DNA of 64,000 bases, taken from an uncultured Bacteriovoracaceae bacterium. Its GTDB lineage: Bacteria > Bdellovibrionota > UBA2394. The notes beneath the pieces were generated by a model. That model ran no database searches. It had not been told where the DNA came from and was given only the letters and a program-made list of their open reading frames with translations. The position numbers and the translations under genes were made by a program. The stretch is taken from positions 3,456-67,455 of the forward strand of contig CAZZLQ010000004.1 in NCBI GenBank assembly GCA_964655245.1, read 5' to 3'. This document shows, piece by piece, positions 1 through 10,095 of the stretch (position 1 is its first letter; the number at the start of each line of letters is the position of its first letter).

Positions 1-825
1 CCTTTCTCATTTTCCACTGAGGGCAACTACCGCATTTATATAGAGAATCTCCTCGCTGAGCATGGTGTGCGCTGGGATGAGGCAGAGCCCTTTGTTGATT
101 TCAAACTGAAGGCGGGAGAGCGAGCTCATCTCATAGGCCCTCCATTGGCTGAGAGCTTCTGTCTCTCGATTCGAAAGCCTCGTCAGCTGGCATTTACACT
201 TGAGGATCTGAGAGGTCGGCAGATGTTCAATGATCATGGACTAGAGATGCTTAGATCGTTGATCACCGATGGAAAAAATCTTCTGATAGCGGGGTCAACT
301 GGTAGCGGAAAAACTACTATTCTGAAATCTCTCCTACTCGAGATTCCATACCATAGTCGCACCTTGGTTTTGGAGGATACGCCAGAGCTTGGCCTGCCAA
401 ATCCAAATTTAGTTTTTTTAAGAACCCGAATTCAGGCGCGCTGCGAGCTGCCATCTGTAGATCTTAGGCAGCTCATTCGACAAAGTCTTCGCATGCGACC
501 TGACCGTATCGTGATTGGGGAGGTTCGGGGTGGAGAGGCCATGGACTTACTCCATGCAATGAACACCGGACATCGTGGATCGATGGCGAGTCTTCACGCG
601 AACTCGTGCCGAGATGCGCTATTTCGCCTTGAGGGGCTCATTCAAATGTCTGATGCGAAGCTTTCAGAGGCTGTAACTCGAGATATCATCTCTCGAAACA
701 TCGATGCAGTGGTCTTCTGTGGAAAGAATGCGCAAGGCAAAAGACGTATGACGGAGATTGCGATGATTAAGGGTCGAGACCGTGATCAACTGCTCTTGGA
801 GATTATCTATGCGAACTCGGATTGA
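1..825 (+). CDS. cpaF: CpaF/TadA-family type II/IV secretion ATPase; 5'-truncated by the window edge
   Basis: The frame is open from nt 1, so the gene begins upstream of the window. It carries a Walker A motif (LIAGSTGSGKTT), an Asp-box and a His-box (MNTGHRGSMASLHAN) typical of VirB11/CpaF ATPases. Confidence 0.8.
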   Translation, partial: PFSFSTEGNYRIYIENLLAEHGVRWDEAEPFVDFKLKAGERAHLIGPPLAESFCLSIRKPRQLAFTLEDLRGRQMFNDHGLEMLRSLITDGKNLLIAGSTGSGKTTILKSLLLEIPYHSRTLVLEDTPELGLPNPNLVFLRTRIQARCELPSVDLRQLIRQSLRMRPDRIVIGEVRGGEAMDLLHAMNTGHRGSMASLHANSCRDALFRLEGLIQMSDAKLSEAVTRDIISRNIDAVVFCGKNAQGKRRMTEIAMIKGRDRDQLLLEIIYANSD

Positions 826-835
826 AGTATCTCAT

Positions 836-1789
836 ATGATTCAACTTGCTGAGTTTCTTGAGCTGGGGTGTCAGTCCGGCAAAGATTGGACTCAGGTCTT
901 TGCGGGTGTTCTCTCTCATCCTGTCGACGCGCCCTTGAGAGAATTGTGCGAGAGCGCTCTTCAGCTTTATAAGTGGCAATCCGCTACGGATGTCTTTGCG
1001 AGTTTGGAGAGTCAATCCAGAGACCCTCTTCAGAAAATGTTTTTTAAAATGATGATTAACTCTCAAAAGAGCTCTCTTCATTTGTCCGTGGCCTTACGAA
1101 GTTTTATTCAAACCGCGAGAGGAATCCAGAAGCTGCGCGCCCAAATGAAGAGTCTGATGTTTCTACCTCGATTTCAAGCCTTTATGGCTTTGGCGATTGT
1201 GCTTTTGTTTGTGGGCATTCTCCCTTTGGTCTCGCCATCGATGTTTCCAACCTTTTTTCAGATGAATCGAATTGACTTGTTTCTTGTGGGAATCTCGGGT
1301 GTCACTCTTGGTTTCGTTTTTCTTTGGTGGCTTTCGATAAAGCCCGAACGACGCTTGAATGAGCTTCTTTCTCAGCAGTTCTTGTTTTTCTTTCTCGCGA
1401 CCTTTGTGCGGACGGGAATCGATTTGTCTTCGGCATGGACTGAAGCCGTCAATGCCAGTTGTTCCGGAAGGCTTCGCGATCTGTTAACGCCCAAAGAGGG
1501 TGTGAAGGTCATGTCGTTTAAGGAATTCATTTCCGATCTGATTCCCAGGACAGCGCCCCCGATGGCTCGGAATCTCGCCGGACTTCTTTGGATTTTGCCA
1601 ACGGGTCTTGGACTTTCTGATTTTCTTCAGACGTGTGCGGAGGCTGAAGCAGAAAGACTATTGTTTGCTTGGGAGGATGAGGTTCGTCGCCTCAGCGTCG
1701 TGAGCATTCTACCGCTGAGCTTATTGATTTTTCCATCAGCTGTCTTTCTGCTTGCCGGTCCTCAGGTCATAGGAGCGTTTTCGTTATGA
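836..1789 (+). CDS. Tad pilus assembly inner-membrane protein, TadB/TadC (GspF-like domain)
   Basis: It lies directly downstream of cpaF. It has an N-terminal soluble region followed by several hydrophobic helices, the T2SS-F-like pattern. An ATG at 836 follows the cpaF stop; the ORF-track start at 782 would overlap cpaF. Confidence 0.55.
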   Translation: MIQLAEFLELGCQSGKDWTQVFAGVLSHPVDAPLRELCESALQLYKWQSATDVFASLESQSRDPLQKMFFKMMINSQKSSLHLSVALRSFIQTARGIQKLRAQMKSLMFLPRFQAFMALAIVLLFVGILPLVSPSMFPTFFQMNRIDLFLVGISGVTLGFVFLWWLSIKPERRLNELLSQQFLFFFLATFVRTGIDLSSAWTEAVNASCSGRLRDLLTPKEGVKVMSFKEFISDLIPRTAPPMARNLAGLLWILPTGLGLSDFLQTCAEAEAERLLFAWEDEVRRLSVVSILPLSLLIFPSAVFLLAGPQVIGAFSL

Positions 1790-2706
1790 ACTTTCGATTT
1801 GTTCTTCATCGACTCCAGGTTTGGGACCCTGCAACCGGTAGGATGCGCCAGCGGTTTTTTCTTCGATCTCAGATTGTCATTGGCGGAGATCCCAAGAGTG
1901 ACCTGCGGCTTGCTGGACTAGATGGGATCTTTGCCAAGATTGATTTCAGTGAAGGCGACTTGGATCTGCTGCGAGAGGGTCGAAGTCTCAAAATCATGGC
2001 CAAAGAGATTTTTACGGTGGGTCCTTACGCGCTTTTATGGACGCCCATTGACTCATCATTTTTGAGTCCATGGAAGTACTCTCTCCTCGGTGTTGCTGGG
2101 CTTATTCTGGCCGTCGGGCTCTATGTTTTGCTTCGAGGCTCTGAGCCCATCTGCAACCAGCTGGAGGTCAGGTTGGCGCGTCAGCAATGGTCGGGTCGTC
2201 CCTTGGAAGGCGAAGAGCAGGTTTTGCTTAGCGAGGTGAGATCGGCGGTGGAATCGGCGCGGCAGGCTCTCACTGAAAAAAATTGGGTCAAACTTAAATC
2301 TCAGATTCGTGATGTTGATCAAAGGCTAGATTTATCGACGCAAAGAAGAGCATGTCGCACAGATCGGGCTGTTCGTGATTTGGAATTCAAGATGAGGCGG
2401 GGCTTGTTTCGTGAGCATCTGGAGCGACGAGAGCTTTCGGAAGCTCTGGCAATACTCCAGGAGATGATTTCCGCTGGAGGAAAAAAGGGCACTATCGGAC
2501 TGAAGCGTGAGTTGTTGAAATCGGCTCGCGAACTCTATCTTGAGGGTTATCGTCGAGAGGATGAATCAGCCGATGAGGGAGCTGAAATCAAAGACCGAGC
2601 CACGGAGATCTGTACTCAGCTTGGGTATGAGAGTTGCTTCGAAGGCGTAAGTGAGTTGGGGACAAAGCCCAAAGAAGCTCCGGACGATGAGAAGTCTCTT
2701 AACTAA
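1786..2706 (+). CDS. Hypothetical membrane protein with one TM helix and an alpha-helical C-terminus; possible Tad accessory protein
   Basis: A 306-aa ORF that is translationally coupled to the upstream gene (ATGA overlap). It has one hydrophobic segment ([17 protein letters not shown]). I recognise no domain in it. Confidence 0.4.
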   Translation: MNFRFVLHRLQVWDPATGRMRQRFFLRSQIVIGGDPKSDLRLAGLDGIFAKIDFSEGDLDLLREGRSLKIMAKEIFTVGPYALLWTPIDSSFLSPWKYSLLGVAGLILAVGLYVLLRGSEPICNQLEVRLARQQWSGRPLEGEEQVLLSEVRSAVESARQALTEKNWVKLKSQIRDVDQRLDLSTQRRACRTDRAVRDLEFKMRRGLFREHLERRELSEALAILQEMISAGGKKGTIGLKRELLKSARELYLEGYRREDESADEGAEIKDRATEICTQLGYESCFEGVSELGTKPKEAPDDEKSLN

Positions 2707-3742
2707 AAAGGCTGCCTTGCTTCTCAGGCGGTCGTACCTTGCCCAAGTGTTTATAGGCTAACTCAGTGGCCACTCGACCCCGTGGCGTCCGAGCCAGAAA
2801 GCCCGCCTGCAACAGATAGGGCTCATAGAGTTCTTCCAAAGTGTCTCGCTCTTCCTGAAGAGATGCGCAAAGAGTCTCAATTCCGACGGGGCCGCCTTGA
2901 AACTGATCAATAATCAGAGTCAAAAGCTTTCGATCCATCGGATCGCATCCCATCGCATCGACTTCAAGCTGGCCTAAAGAAAAATCAGCCAAACGAGCGT
3001 CTACGTTCTTTTGAGAAGACGTCTCTGCAAAATCACGTACTCGCTTGAGAAGACGATTGGCCACTCGCGGAGTTTTGCGAGATCGCTTCGCAATCTCGAG
3101 CGCTGCTGCAGGGTCAACATTCATCCCCAAAATTTTGGAGGATCTCAAAACAATGCGTGAGAGATCTTCGTCGCTATAAAACTCTAGATGCAGGGGGATT
3201 CCAAAGCGCGATCGAAGCGCTGAAGAAAGCAATCCACTTCGAGTGGTTGCACCAATCAATGTGAAAGGGGGCAGATCAATTCGAAGGGCTCGAGCAGCTG
3301 GACCTTCGCCGACCATCAAATCTAATTTAAAATCCTCCATCGCTGGGTAGAGAATCTCCTCGACCATTCGTGGAATTCGGTGAATCTCATCGATGAACAA
3401 AACGTCATGGGGCTCAAGATGGGAGAGCAGAGCCGCGAGATCGCCTGCCTTCTCAATTGAAGGCCCTGTTGTGACTCTGATGTTGACACCCAACTCAGAG
3501 GCAATGATGTGAGAAAGCGTGGTTTTTCCAAGGCCCGGAGGTCCATCCAAAAGAATATGGTCGAGAGCTTCCTTTCGCTTTTTCGATGCATCAATGAAGA
3601 CTCGGAGATTCTGTTTGATCTTGTCTTGTCCAACGAACTCCTCAAGGAGTTTCGGCCGTAAGCTTAAAAGTTCTTCTCGATCGGATCGAGGAGAGAGGAT
3701 TCGATCATTAGTTGTGGTCTCTGAATTCGAATCAACGATCAT
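2699..3742 (-). CDS. ruvB: Holliday junction branch-migration helicase RuvB
   Basis: It has an AAA+ Walker A ([13 protein letters not shown]), Walker B (LFIDEIHRI) and the RuvB C-terminal winged helix. It forms a canonical ruvC-ruvA-ruvB operon with the two genes upstream. Confidence 0.95.
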   Translation of the reverse strand: MIVDSNSETTTNDRILSPRSDREELLSLRPKLLEEFVGQDKIKQNLRVFIDASKKRKEALDHILLDGPPGLGKTTLSHIIASELGVNIRVTTGPSIEKAGDLAALLSHLEPHDVLFIDEIHRIPRMVEEILYPAMEDFKLDLMVGEGPAARALRIDLPPFTLIGATTRSGLLSSALRSRFGIPLHLEFYSDEDLSRIVLRSSKILGMNVDPAAALEIAKRSRKTPRVANRLLKRVRDFAETSSQKNVDARLADFSLGQLEVDAMGCDPMDRKLLTLIIDQFQGGPVGIETLCASLQEERDTLEELYEPYLLQAGFLARTPRGRVATELAYKHLGKVRPPEKQGSLFS

Positions 3743-4353
3743 ACGGGTTTTCCTTGCATGAGTTCTTTGAGGGCAGTTTTAACCATCGTTTCCAAAGGCC
3801 ACTGATCAAACTCAGAGGAGTTTTTTCGAGCTTGTTGAACTGCGCGCTGAACCTCTTGGCGTTGATAGCCGAGATTGAGGAGTACGCTCTCAAGTTCCGA
3901 CTCTTTGGGTAAATCAAAAGCTCCCTTGCTATTCATCGCTGCGGAAGCTCCACTCAAATTCTTTAGTCGGTCGGCTAGTTCAATGGACAGACGATCTGCA
4001 GTCTTCTTTCCAATTCCCGGAATCTTTTGAAGCCGAGTGCCGTCTTTTTGCTGTATCGCCTTCATCAGATCTGCCGCTGATATTCCAGAGAGAATGCCAA
4101 TCGCCATTTTGGGGCCAATACCGCTGACTTTGAGGAGCTCGCGAAACAAGTCCCTTTCAAGGGTGTCTGCAAATCCAAAGAGTTGGAGAGCGTCTTCCCG
4201 AACATGAGTGTGAATGAACAAAGAGACTTGCTCAGCAGCAATCGATTCAGCGCAAAAGGGAGTGTGATGAACTTCATAGCCCACACCCTGACAATCAATG
4301 ATGGACGCGGTAGGCGTTTTTGCGAGGACTTTACCTGTGAGATGGGCGATCAC
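3739..4353 (-). CDS. ruvA: Holliday junction DNA helicase RuvA
   Basis: It contains the HhH motifs ([18 protein letters not shown]). I moved the start to an in-frame GTG, which gives the canonical N-terminus MIAHLTGKV. The ATG at 4389 in the ORF track would overlap ruvC by 59 nt. Confidence 0.9.
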   Translation of the reverse strand: MIAHLTGKVLAKTPTASIIDCQGVGYEVHHTPFCAESIAAEQVSLFIHTHVREDALQLFGFADTLERDLFRELLKVSGIGPKMAIGILSGISAADLMKAIQQKDGTRLQKIPGIGKKTADRLSIELADRLKNLSGASAAMNSKGAFDLPKESELESVLLNLGYQRQEVQRAVQQARKNSSEFDQWPLETMVKTALKELMQGKPV

Positions 4354-4873
4354 TTTTCGAAGTTTCCTTCCTTTGGCCCGACATTTCATAGAGCTTGCGA
4401 CTTTGTCGAAAGCGAATATGAGCGAGGCCTATCGCTAGAGCATCCGATTGATCCGTGCTTGTCATCACAAAAGTCTTGGGGAGCTTAAAGTGAAGTCGGA
4501 CGAAATGCTCCACCTGCTCTTTTGTGGCCCGTCCTCCACCTGCCACGGCTTGTTTCACCTCAGTGGGAGTGTATTCAAAGCTTTCAAGTCCTGCCTCGGC
4601 GCATTTCATCAAAATCACTCCTCGCGCATGTCCTAGTTGAAGGGCGCTCAAGGGGTTTTTGGCAAAGAAAATTCGTTCAAGGGCTAGCTGCTGAGGGCGG
4701 TGCTTTTGAAGAATTTTTTCGAGATCCTGAGAAAGTTCAGAGAGCCGAAGGCCGAGGTTTTGGCTTTCATTCAATTCGATCGTTCCACTTTGAATAATCT
4801 GAATGCCTTGGGAGGTGTCTAAAACAGCAAAGCCTGTTCGAATGGAGCCTGGATCAATACTGATGATGCGCAA
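4331..4873 (-). CDS. ruvC: Crossover junction endodeoxyribonuclease RuvC
   Basis: N-terminus MRIISIDPGSIRTGFAVLD, with the RNase H-like catalytic Asp residues. Confidence 0.9.
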   Translation of the reverse strand: MRIISIDPGSIRTGFAVLDTSQGIQIIQSGTIELNESQNLGLRLSELSQDLEKILQKHRPQQLALERIFFAKNPLSALQLGHARGVILMKCAEAGLESFEYTPTEVKQAVAGGGRATKEQVEHFVRLHFKLPKTFVMTSTDQSDALAIGLAHIRFRQSRKLYEMSGQRKETSKSDRPSHR

Positions 4874-4937
4874 GGTTCGCCCCCTCTCAATTCTCTTTTA
4901 AGATAAGGAAGCGAGGCAGCTCGGTCCAGACTTTTGA

Positions 4938-5654
4938 CTAGGACTCTGCATTTGAGACGACCTTTTGAACATCGTCATGATCTTCGAGGGCGCTGACCAG
5001 TGAATCGATCTGTAGAGCCACTTCCGCGGTCACGGCGACCTTTGAGCTGGGAGTCGGCCCCAATTCAGCAAGCGCTGGTGATATCTTGGCAGCCTCTAGG
5101 GCCGCTCGAACGCTTTCAAAGCTTTCAGGCGAGGTTTGGATTTCGTATCCCTCATCAGAGGGCGTTAGATCGTCGGCTCCTGCTTCAAGCACGATGCTCA
5201 TCAAAGAGTCCTCGGTGGCTTGATCCTTGGACACCAAAAAAACCCCCTTGGTTGAAAAGCCCCAGGCCACGGAGCCCATTTCTCCAAGGCTTCCACCATG
5301 TTTCTCAAAAATTTTTCGAATCTCGGGCTGGGTTCGGAGGCGATTGTCGGTCAATGCCTCGACCAAAATGGCGACTCCGCCTGGTCCGTAGCCTTCGTAG
5401 ATCAGTTCCTCGATTTGTCCGCCTTCGAGCTCTCCAGATCCCTTCTTGATGGCGCGTTCAATATTGTCTTTGGGGACGCTGGCTGCGCGCGCGTCTGAAA
5501 TCGCTTTCCTCAGTCGCGCATTGGCATCGGGATCTTTCCCGTTTTTTGCCGCAACCATGATCTCTTTTAAAATCTTTGTGAAGACGGCATTTTTTCGAGC
5601 GTCAGTGACGGCTTTCAATCGCTTCACTTTGCTCCATTTGTTGTGACCAGCCAT
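4938..5654 (-). CDS. yebC: YebC/PmpR-family probable transcriptional regulator
   Basis: Translation from the internal Met gives the canonical N-terminus MAGHNKWSKVKR. The track ORF extends 13 codons further upstream. Confidence 0.9.
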   Translation of the reverse strand: MAGHNKWSKVKRLKAVTDARKNAVFTKILKEIMVAAKNGKDPDANARLRKAISDARAASVPKDNIERAIKKGSGELEGGQIEELIYEGYGPGGVAILVEALTDNRLRTQPEIRKIFEKHGGSLGEMGSVAWGFSTKGVFLVSKDQATEDSLMSIVLEAGADDLTPSDEGYEIQTSPESFESVRAALEAAKISPALAELGPTPSSKVAVTAEVALQIDSLVSALEDHDDVQKVVSNAES

Positions 5655-5784
5655 TGTTTCATGGCTATCAATCGAAGTCTTGAATGGCAACAACCGAGCG
5701 AGCTTTGAGGGCCCCAGGGGGTTTTTTCATTTGCTTTGCAGTAGTCTTCTAATTAAGTTTTGAGAGGGAAAAGGAGATCATTGT

Positions 5785-6261
5785 ATGAAATTTTTTCAGT
5801 TAATTTTAGCTGCTCATCTGGTGGCTTTTGGTTTTATGGGATGCAAAAACAAATCTTCGGAAGCCGAGGTTAAGACGGCCACTCAAGCCCAAGCGGGCGA
5901 GCCTGAGAAGGTGAAGGTCCAGCATATTTTGATTGGCTTTAAAGGAAGTCTTCCTGGTCAGAATATTGAGAGATCTCCTGAGGACGCCAAAAAGCTTGCG
6001 ATGGAGATTTTTGAAAAAGCAAAAGCCAAGGATGCTGATTTTGAGGCTCTGGTGAAGCAGTATTCGGAAGATAGGCCTCCTGGCATTTATGAAATGACAA
6101 ATGCTGGTATTGCCCCAGCGGCTGGAGCCTTCCCTCGTGAAGGTATGGTTCCCGCTTTTGGAAATGTTGGATTCAAACTGCAAGTGGGTGAAGTGGGATT
6201 GGCCGAGTTTGATCCGCAAAACTCACCCTTTGGCTATCACATTATCAAGAGACTGAATTAG
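5785..6261 (+). CDS. Parvulin-type peptidyl-prolyl cis-trans isomerase, lipoprotein
   Basis: It has a signal peptide with a lipobox (AFGFMGC) and PpiC/rotamase motifs (HILIGF...FGYHIIKR). Confidence 0.7.
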   Translation: MKFFQLILAAHLVAFGFMGCKNKSSEAEVKTATQAQAGEPEKVKVQHILIGFKGSLPGQNIERSPEDAKKLAMEIFEKAKAKDADFEALVKQYSEDRPPGIYEMTNAGIAPAAGAFPREGMVPAFGNVGFKLQVGEVGLAEFDPQNSPFGYHIIKRLN

Positions 6262-6281
6262 TCGTTCAATAGGAGAAGGAT

Positions 6282-7430
6282 ATGAGAATGAAGTTTGCAA
6301 GTTTAAGCCTGGCGGCTTTGATCACAATGGTTGGCTGTAAAAAAGCTGCCGAACAAGCTGAAGCGGGAGATGTTCTGCGAATTGGTGAGTTCGGTTCATT
6401 GACGGGTACTGAGGCCACCTTTGGAATCTCAACTCACAACGGGATCAAGTTGGTCATCGATGAGATCAATGCGACTGGCGGTATCAAGGGAAAGAAGCTC
6501 GAATTGTTCACCGTTGATAATGGTGGAAAGCCCGAGGAAACGGTCAGCGCGGTGACGAAGTTGATCACTCAAAACAAGGTCGATGTTTTGTTGGGAGAGG
6601 TCGCAAGCTCACGATCGTTAGCAGCAGCTCCGATTGCCCAGCGAGCACAAGTTCCGATGATTTCACCGTCATCAACGAATCCCAAGGTCACTGAGATCGG
6701 CGATTATATTTTCCGAGTCTGTTTTACCGATCCCTTTCAAGGCAAAGTGATTGCTAAGTTTGCTCTTGAAAATCTCAAGGCAAAAACGGCAGCCGTCTTG
6801 GTGGACAAGAAGAGTGATTACTCGGTTGGACTCTCGGACTTTTTCAAAAATGAATTTGTTGCGGGCGGCGGCAGGATCATTGATGAGCAGAATTATGTCG
6901 GTGGTGATATTGACTTCAAAGGTCAGTTGACCAATCTCAAGGGTAAAAATCCTGATGTCGTGATTGTTCCCGGCTATTATACAGAGGTCGGTTTGATCAT
7001 TAAGCAAGCTCGAAGCTTGGGTCTCAAATCTGTCTTCCTTGGTGGAGATGGTTGGGATTCTCCCAAACTCTTCGAAATCGGTGGTGACTCCTTAGTGGGA
7101 AGCTATTTCTCAAACCACTACTCGGTGGATGATCCCGATCCGATGGTTCAGCAATTCATTCAAAAATATAAGGCTGCCTATAAGGGCGAGGTCCCCGATG
7201 GACTTGCTGCGATGGGATACGATGCGGCCCTTGTTTTGGTCGATGCCTTGAAGCGTGCCAATTCGACGAGCCGACCTGATATTCGAGCGGCGATCGCTGC
7301 CACTCAAAATTTCCGCGGCGTGACAGGAGTGATTACGATTGATCAAAACCGTAACGCTTCAAAGCCGGCTGTGATGTTGCAGATTGCAGACCGTGGTCAG
7401 TTGAAGTTCGTTAAGCGCGTGGAACCATAA
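6282..7430 (+). CDS. livK: Branched-chain amino acid ABC transporter substrate-binding protein (LivK/LivJ family), lipoprotein
   Basis: Type I periplasmic binding fold typical of Leu/Ile/Val binding proteins (LRIGEFGSLTG, VDVLLGEV). It has an N-terminal lipoprotein signal (MVGCKK) and sits first in the livHMGF operon. Confidence 0.85.
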   Translation: MRMKFASLSLAALITMVGCKKAAEQAEAGDVLRIGEFGSLTGTEATFGISTHNGIKLVIDEINATGGIKGKKLELFTVDNGGKPEETVSAVTKLITQNKVDVLLGEVASSRSLAAAPIAQRAQVPMISPSSTNPKVTEIGDYIFRVCFTDPFQGKVIAKFALENLKAKTAAVLVDKKSDYSVGLSDFFKNEFVAGGGRIIDEQNYVGGDIDFKGQLTNLKGKNPDVVIVPGYYTEVGLIIKQARSLGLKSVFLGGDGWDSPKLFEIGGDSLVGSYFSNHYSVDDPDPMVQQFIQKYKAAYKGEVPDGLAAMGYDAALVLVDALKRANSTSRPDIRAAIAATQNFRGVTGVITIDQNRNASKPAVMLQIADRGQLKFVKRVEP

Positions 7431-7435
7431 AGGAC

Positions 7436-8344
7436 GTGTCGGAGCTTCTTCAACACTTAGTGAATGGCATTTCTTTGGGCAGTGTTTATGCATTGATCGC
7501 CATAGGCTACTCGATGGTCTATGGCATCTTGCAGCTGATCAATTTTGCGCACGGCGAAGTGGTGATGCTCGGCTCGGTCTTTGGTTTCTTTGTTGCACCT
7601 CGTCTCATGCAGCCACTCGAGCCTTCGACTCAGATGTTTGTGGCAGTGCTGTTGATTGCGATGGTGCTTTGTGGCTTCCTTGGCTTTTTCATCGAGTGGC
7701 TTTGCTATCGACCGATTCGTAAGGCCCCCCGCATGAATTGCTTGATTACCGCGATTGGAATCTCGCTGTTTCTTCAGTATTTCACTCAGCTAGACTTTGT
7801 GTTTGGGGCCATTCCTCAGAGCTATCCCGAGCTCATTAAAACAGAGACGCTATTCTCGATTGCAGGTGTTGAAGTCAGCAACCTCCAAGTTTTAGTTCTG
7901 CTTCTCTCGATAACACTCGTGGCTGTGCTTCAGTGGATTGTTTTCAAAACGAAGTTGGGTAAGGGAATGCGCGCTGTTTCTGAGAGTACTGAGATTGCAG
8001 CGATGCTGGGTATTCCTGTGAATCGAGTGATAAGCTTCACCTTTATCTTGGGGAGTGTTTTGGCGGCTGCAGCCGGGACGTTGGTGGCGCTGATGTATCC
8101 TCGGGTGGATGCCATGATGGGATCTCTCTTGGGAATGAAAGCATTCGTGGCGGCCGTCCTGGGCGGCATTGGAAGTTTGCCAGGAGCTGTGCTGGGGGGG
8201 CTCATCATGGGCCTCGCGGAAGCGTTGACCGTCGGCTATTTATCCAGCGCCTTTCGGGATGCAATTGCCTTTGCGATTTTGATTGGGGTGCTTTTGATTC
8301 GGCCTTCAGGTCTTCTCGGACGAATCAAGGTGGAAAAGGTCTAA
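7436..8344 (+). CDS. livH: Branched-chain amino acid ABC transporter permease LivH
   Basis: N-terminus LVNGISLGSVYALIAIGYSMVYGIL, the LivH signature. Starts with GTG. Confidence 0.9.
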   Translation: MSELLQHLVNGISLGSVYALIAIGYSMVYGILQLINFAHGEVVMLGSVFGFFVAPRLMQPLEPSTQMFVAVLLIAMVLCGFLGFFIEWLCYRPIRKAPRMNCLITAIGISLFLQYFTQLDFVFGAIPQSYPELIKTETLFSIAGVEVSNLQVLVLLLSITLVAVLQWIVFKTKLGKGMRAVSESTEIAAMLGIPVNRVISFTFILGSVLAAAAGTLVALMYPRVDAMMGSLLGMKAFVAAVLGGIGSLPGAVLGGLIMGLAEALTVGYLSSAFRDAIAFAILIGVLLIRPSGLLGRIKVEKV

Positions 8345-8347
8345 GCG

Positions 8348-9328
8348 GTGAAGCAGGTTTCAATTTTGATAGCATGGCTTGCTGGAGCACTGATCCTTGG
8401 ATTTGCATTCACCGAGTTTTTTGATCCATATCCGCAGACGATCATTGCTTTGATGGGCATTAATATTGTCTTGGCGGTGAGTTTGAATCTTGTGAATGGA
8501 TTCACGGGACAGTTTTCTCTCGGGCACGCTGGTTTCATGGCAGTGGGCGCTTATGTTTCGGCCTTCATGACAACCGTGCTTTTGCCTCAGTTCCTCGGTC
8601 CAGATCTTGTGGGTCAAACTGGCGTTCAGGAATTGGCTCTTTTCTTGTCGATTATTATCGGTGGTCTTTTTTCGGGACTTGTAGGGCTTGTGGTTGGAAT
8701 TCCCTCGCTTCGTTTGAGGGGCGATTATTTAGCGGTTGTGACTCTTGGATTCGGTGAGATGATTCGTATTTTTATTCTGAATATCGAAGCTGTCGGTGGT
8801 GCTCGTGGATTTTATGGCATTCCTCAGGTTGTGAATCTTTACTGGATCATGGTTTTTGTTTTTCTTTCATTTCTTTTCATTCATCGCATTTTAAAGAGTG
8901 TCGTTGGAAAGCAGTTTATGGCGGTTCGCGATGATGAAACAGCTACCTTGGCGATGGGGTTGTCCACCACTCAGATTAAAGTTCGCTCCTTTGTCCTTTC
9001 ATCTTTCTTTGCAGGTGTCGCGGGGGCCCTCTTTGCGCATTACTATGCCTATTTGAATCCGGCCACCTTCACTTTTAATTACTCATTTCAGATTGTTGCG
9101 ATGGTTGTTTTGGGCGGAATGGGAAGCCTGACCGGGAGTATTGTCGCAGCCATTTTGCTGACGGGTTTGCTTGAGGTCTTGCGAGAGGCTCAGACGTACA
9201 CCGGTCTGGATTTGCGAATGGTGATTTACTCGTTGATTTTGATCGTCATCATGCTGACTCGGCCTCAAGGAATTTTTGGAAGTCAGGAGATTTGGGATTA
9301 CTTTAAGAAGAAAAAGGCATCCGCATGA
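8348..9328 (+). CDS. livM: Branched-chain amino acid ABC transporter permease LivM
   Basis: Polytopic permease with the LivM-like motif (GQFSLGHAGFMAVGAY) at its position in the operon. Confidence 0.9.
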   Translation: MKQVSILIAWLAGALILGFAFTEFFDPYPQTIIALMGINIVLAVSLNLVNGFTGQFSLGHAGFMAVGAYVSAFMTTVLLPQFLGPDLVGQTGVQELALFLSIIIGGLFSGLVGLVVGIPSLRLRGDYLAVVTLGFGEMIRIFILNIEAVGGARGFYGIPQVVNLYWIMVFVFLSFLFIHRILKSVVGKQFMAVRDDETATLAMGLSTTQIKVRSFVLSSFFAGVAGALFAHYYAYLNPATFTFNYSFQIVAMVVLGGMGSLTGSIVAAILLTGLLEVLREAQTYTGLDLRMVIYSLILIVIMLTRPQGIFGSQEIWDYFKKKKASA

Positions 9329-10095
9329 GAAGTCTTGAAGTGCAAAATTTGAGCATTCAGTTCGGTGGGCTTAAGGCGGTTCAAAATGTGAGTCTCCACG
9401 TCGACGAGCGAGAGCTTGTTGGTTTGATTGGGCCTAATGGTGCGGGAAAGACCACGCTCTTCAATTTGATGACGGGGATCTATCAACCGACCTCAGGCTC
9501 CGTGTTTATAAGCGGTGTGAATATTGCTCGGAAGAAGCCTTATCAGATCACCAATGACTGTCGAGCAGCTCGCACCTTCCAGAATATTCGTTTGTTTAAG
9601 GATCTTTCGGTCCTAGACAATGTTCTGGTCTCTTCTCATCTGAAAGTCCGTTATGGACTTCTGTCAGCATTTTTCCAAACGAAGTCCTTCCAGTGTCAGG
9701 AACGAGAGATTCGTGAAGAAGCGCTTCACTTGCTTCGAATCTTCAATCTGGACTCCAAGGCGGATGAGCTAGCCAAAAATCTGCCTTACGGTGAGCAGAG
9801 AAAACTTGAGATCGCCCGAGCTTTGATGACAAAGCCAAAGATTTTGTTCTTGGATGAGCCGGCTGCGGGAATGAATGATGAGGAGACGGCCAAGCTTCTT
9901 GAGCTTGTGCGGTTTATTCGACAGGAATTCTCGATTGGCATTTTGGTGATTGAGCACGATATGAAGTTCATCATGGGCCTCTGTGAGCGAATTTATGTCC
10001 TCGATCATGGTCAGCTGATTGCCCAAGGATCACCCGACGAAGTGAAGCGAAACCCCGAAGTCATCAAGGCCTACCTTGGGGAGGAGGCTGCTTGA
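9325..10095 (+). CDS. livG: Branched-chain amino acid ABC transporter ATP-binding protein LivG
   Basis: It has Walker A (GPNGAGKTT), the ABC signature (LPYGEQRKLEIARAL) and Walker B (LFLDEPAAGMN). Confidence 0.9.
   Translation: MRSLEVQNLSIQFGGLKAVQNVSLHVDERELVGLIGPNGAGKTTLFNLMTGIYQPTSGSVFISGVNIARKKPYQITNDCRAARTFQNIRLFKDLSVLDNVLVSSHLKVRYGLLSAFFQTKSFQCQEREIREEALHLLRIFNLDSKADELAKNLPYGEQRKLEIARALMTKPKILFLDEPAAGMNDEETAKLLELVRFIRQEFSIGILVIEHDMKFIMGLCERIYVLDHGQLIAQGSPDEVKRNPEVIKAYLGEEAA

Noticed and set aside
1786-2706. FHA-domain call for the 306-aa protein ([13 protein letters not shown] resembles an FHA core)
   Set aside because: The diagnostic GR…SR.HA residues are not present, so it is left as hypothetical.
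3739-4389. ATG start at 4389 for ruvA from the ORF track
   Set aside because: It would add 12 non-conserved residues and overlap ruvC by 59 nt. The in-frame GTG at 4353 yields the conserved [10 protein letters not shown]-terminus.
5000-5449. 149-aa plus-strand ORF antisense to yebC
   Set aside because: It is antisense to a conserved gene, and its translation is Arg/Pro/Ser-rich with no features.
5694-5784. GC-rich gggccccaggggg followed by T6 upstream of the parvulin gene, a possible terminator
   Set aside because: The GC block is not an inverted repeat, so no stem can form. No convergent transcript needs terminating there on the plus strand.
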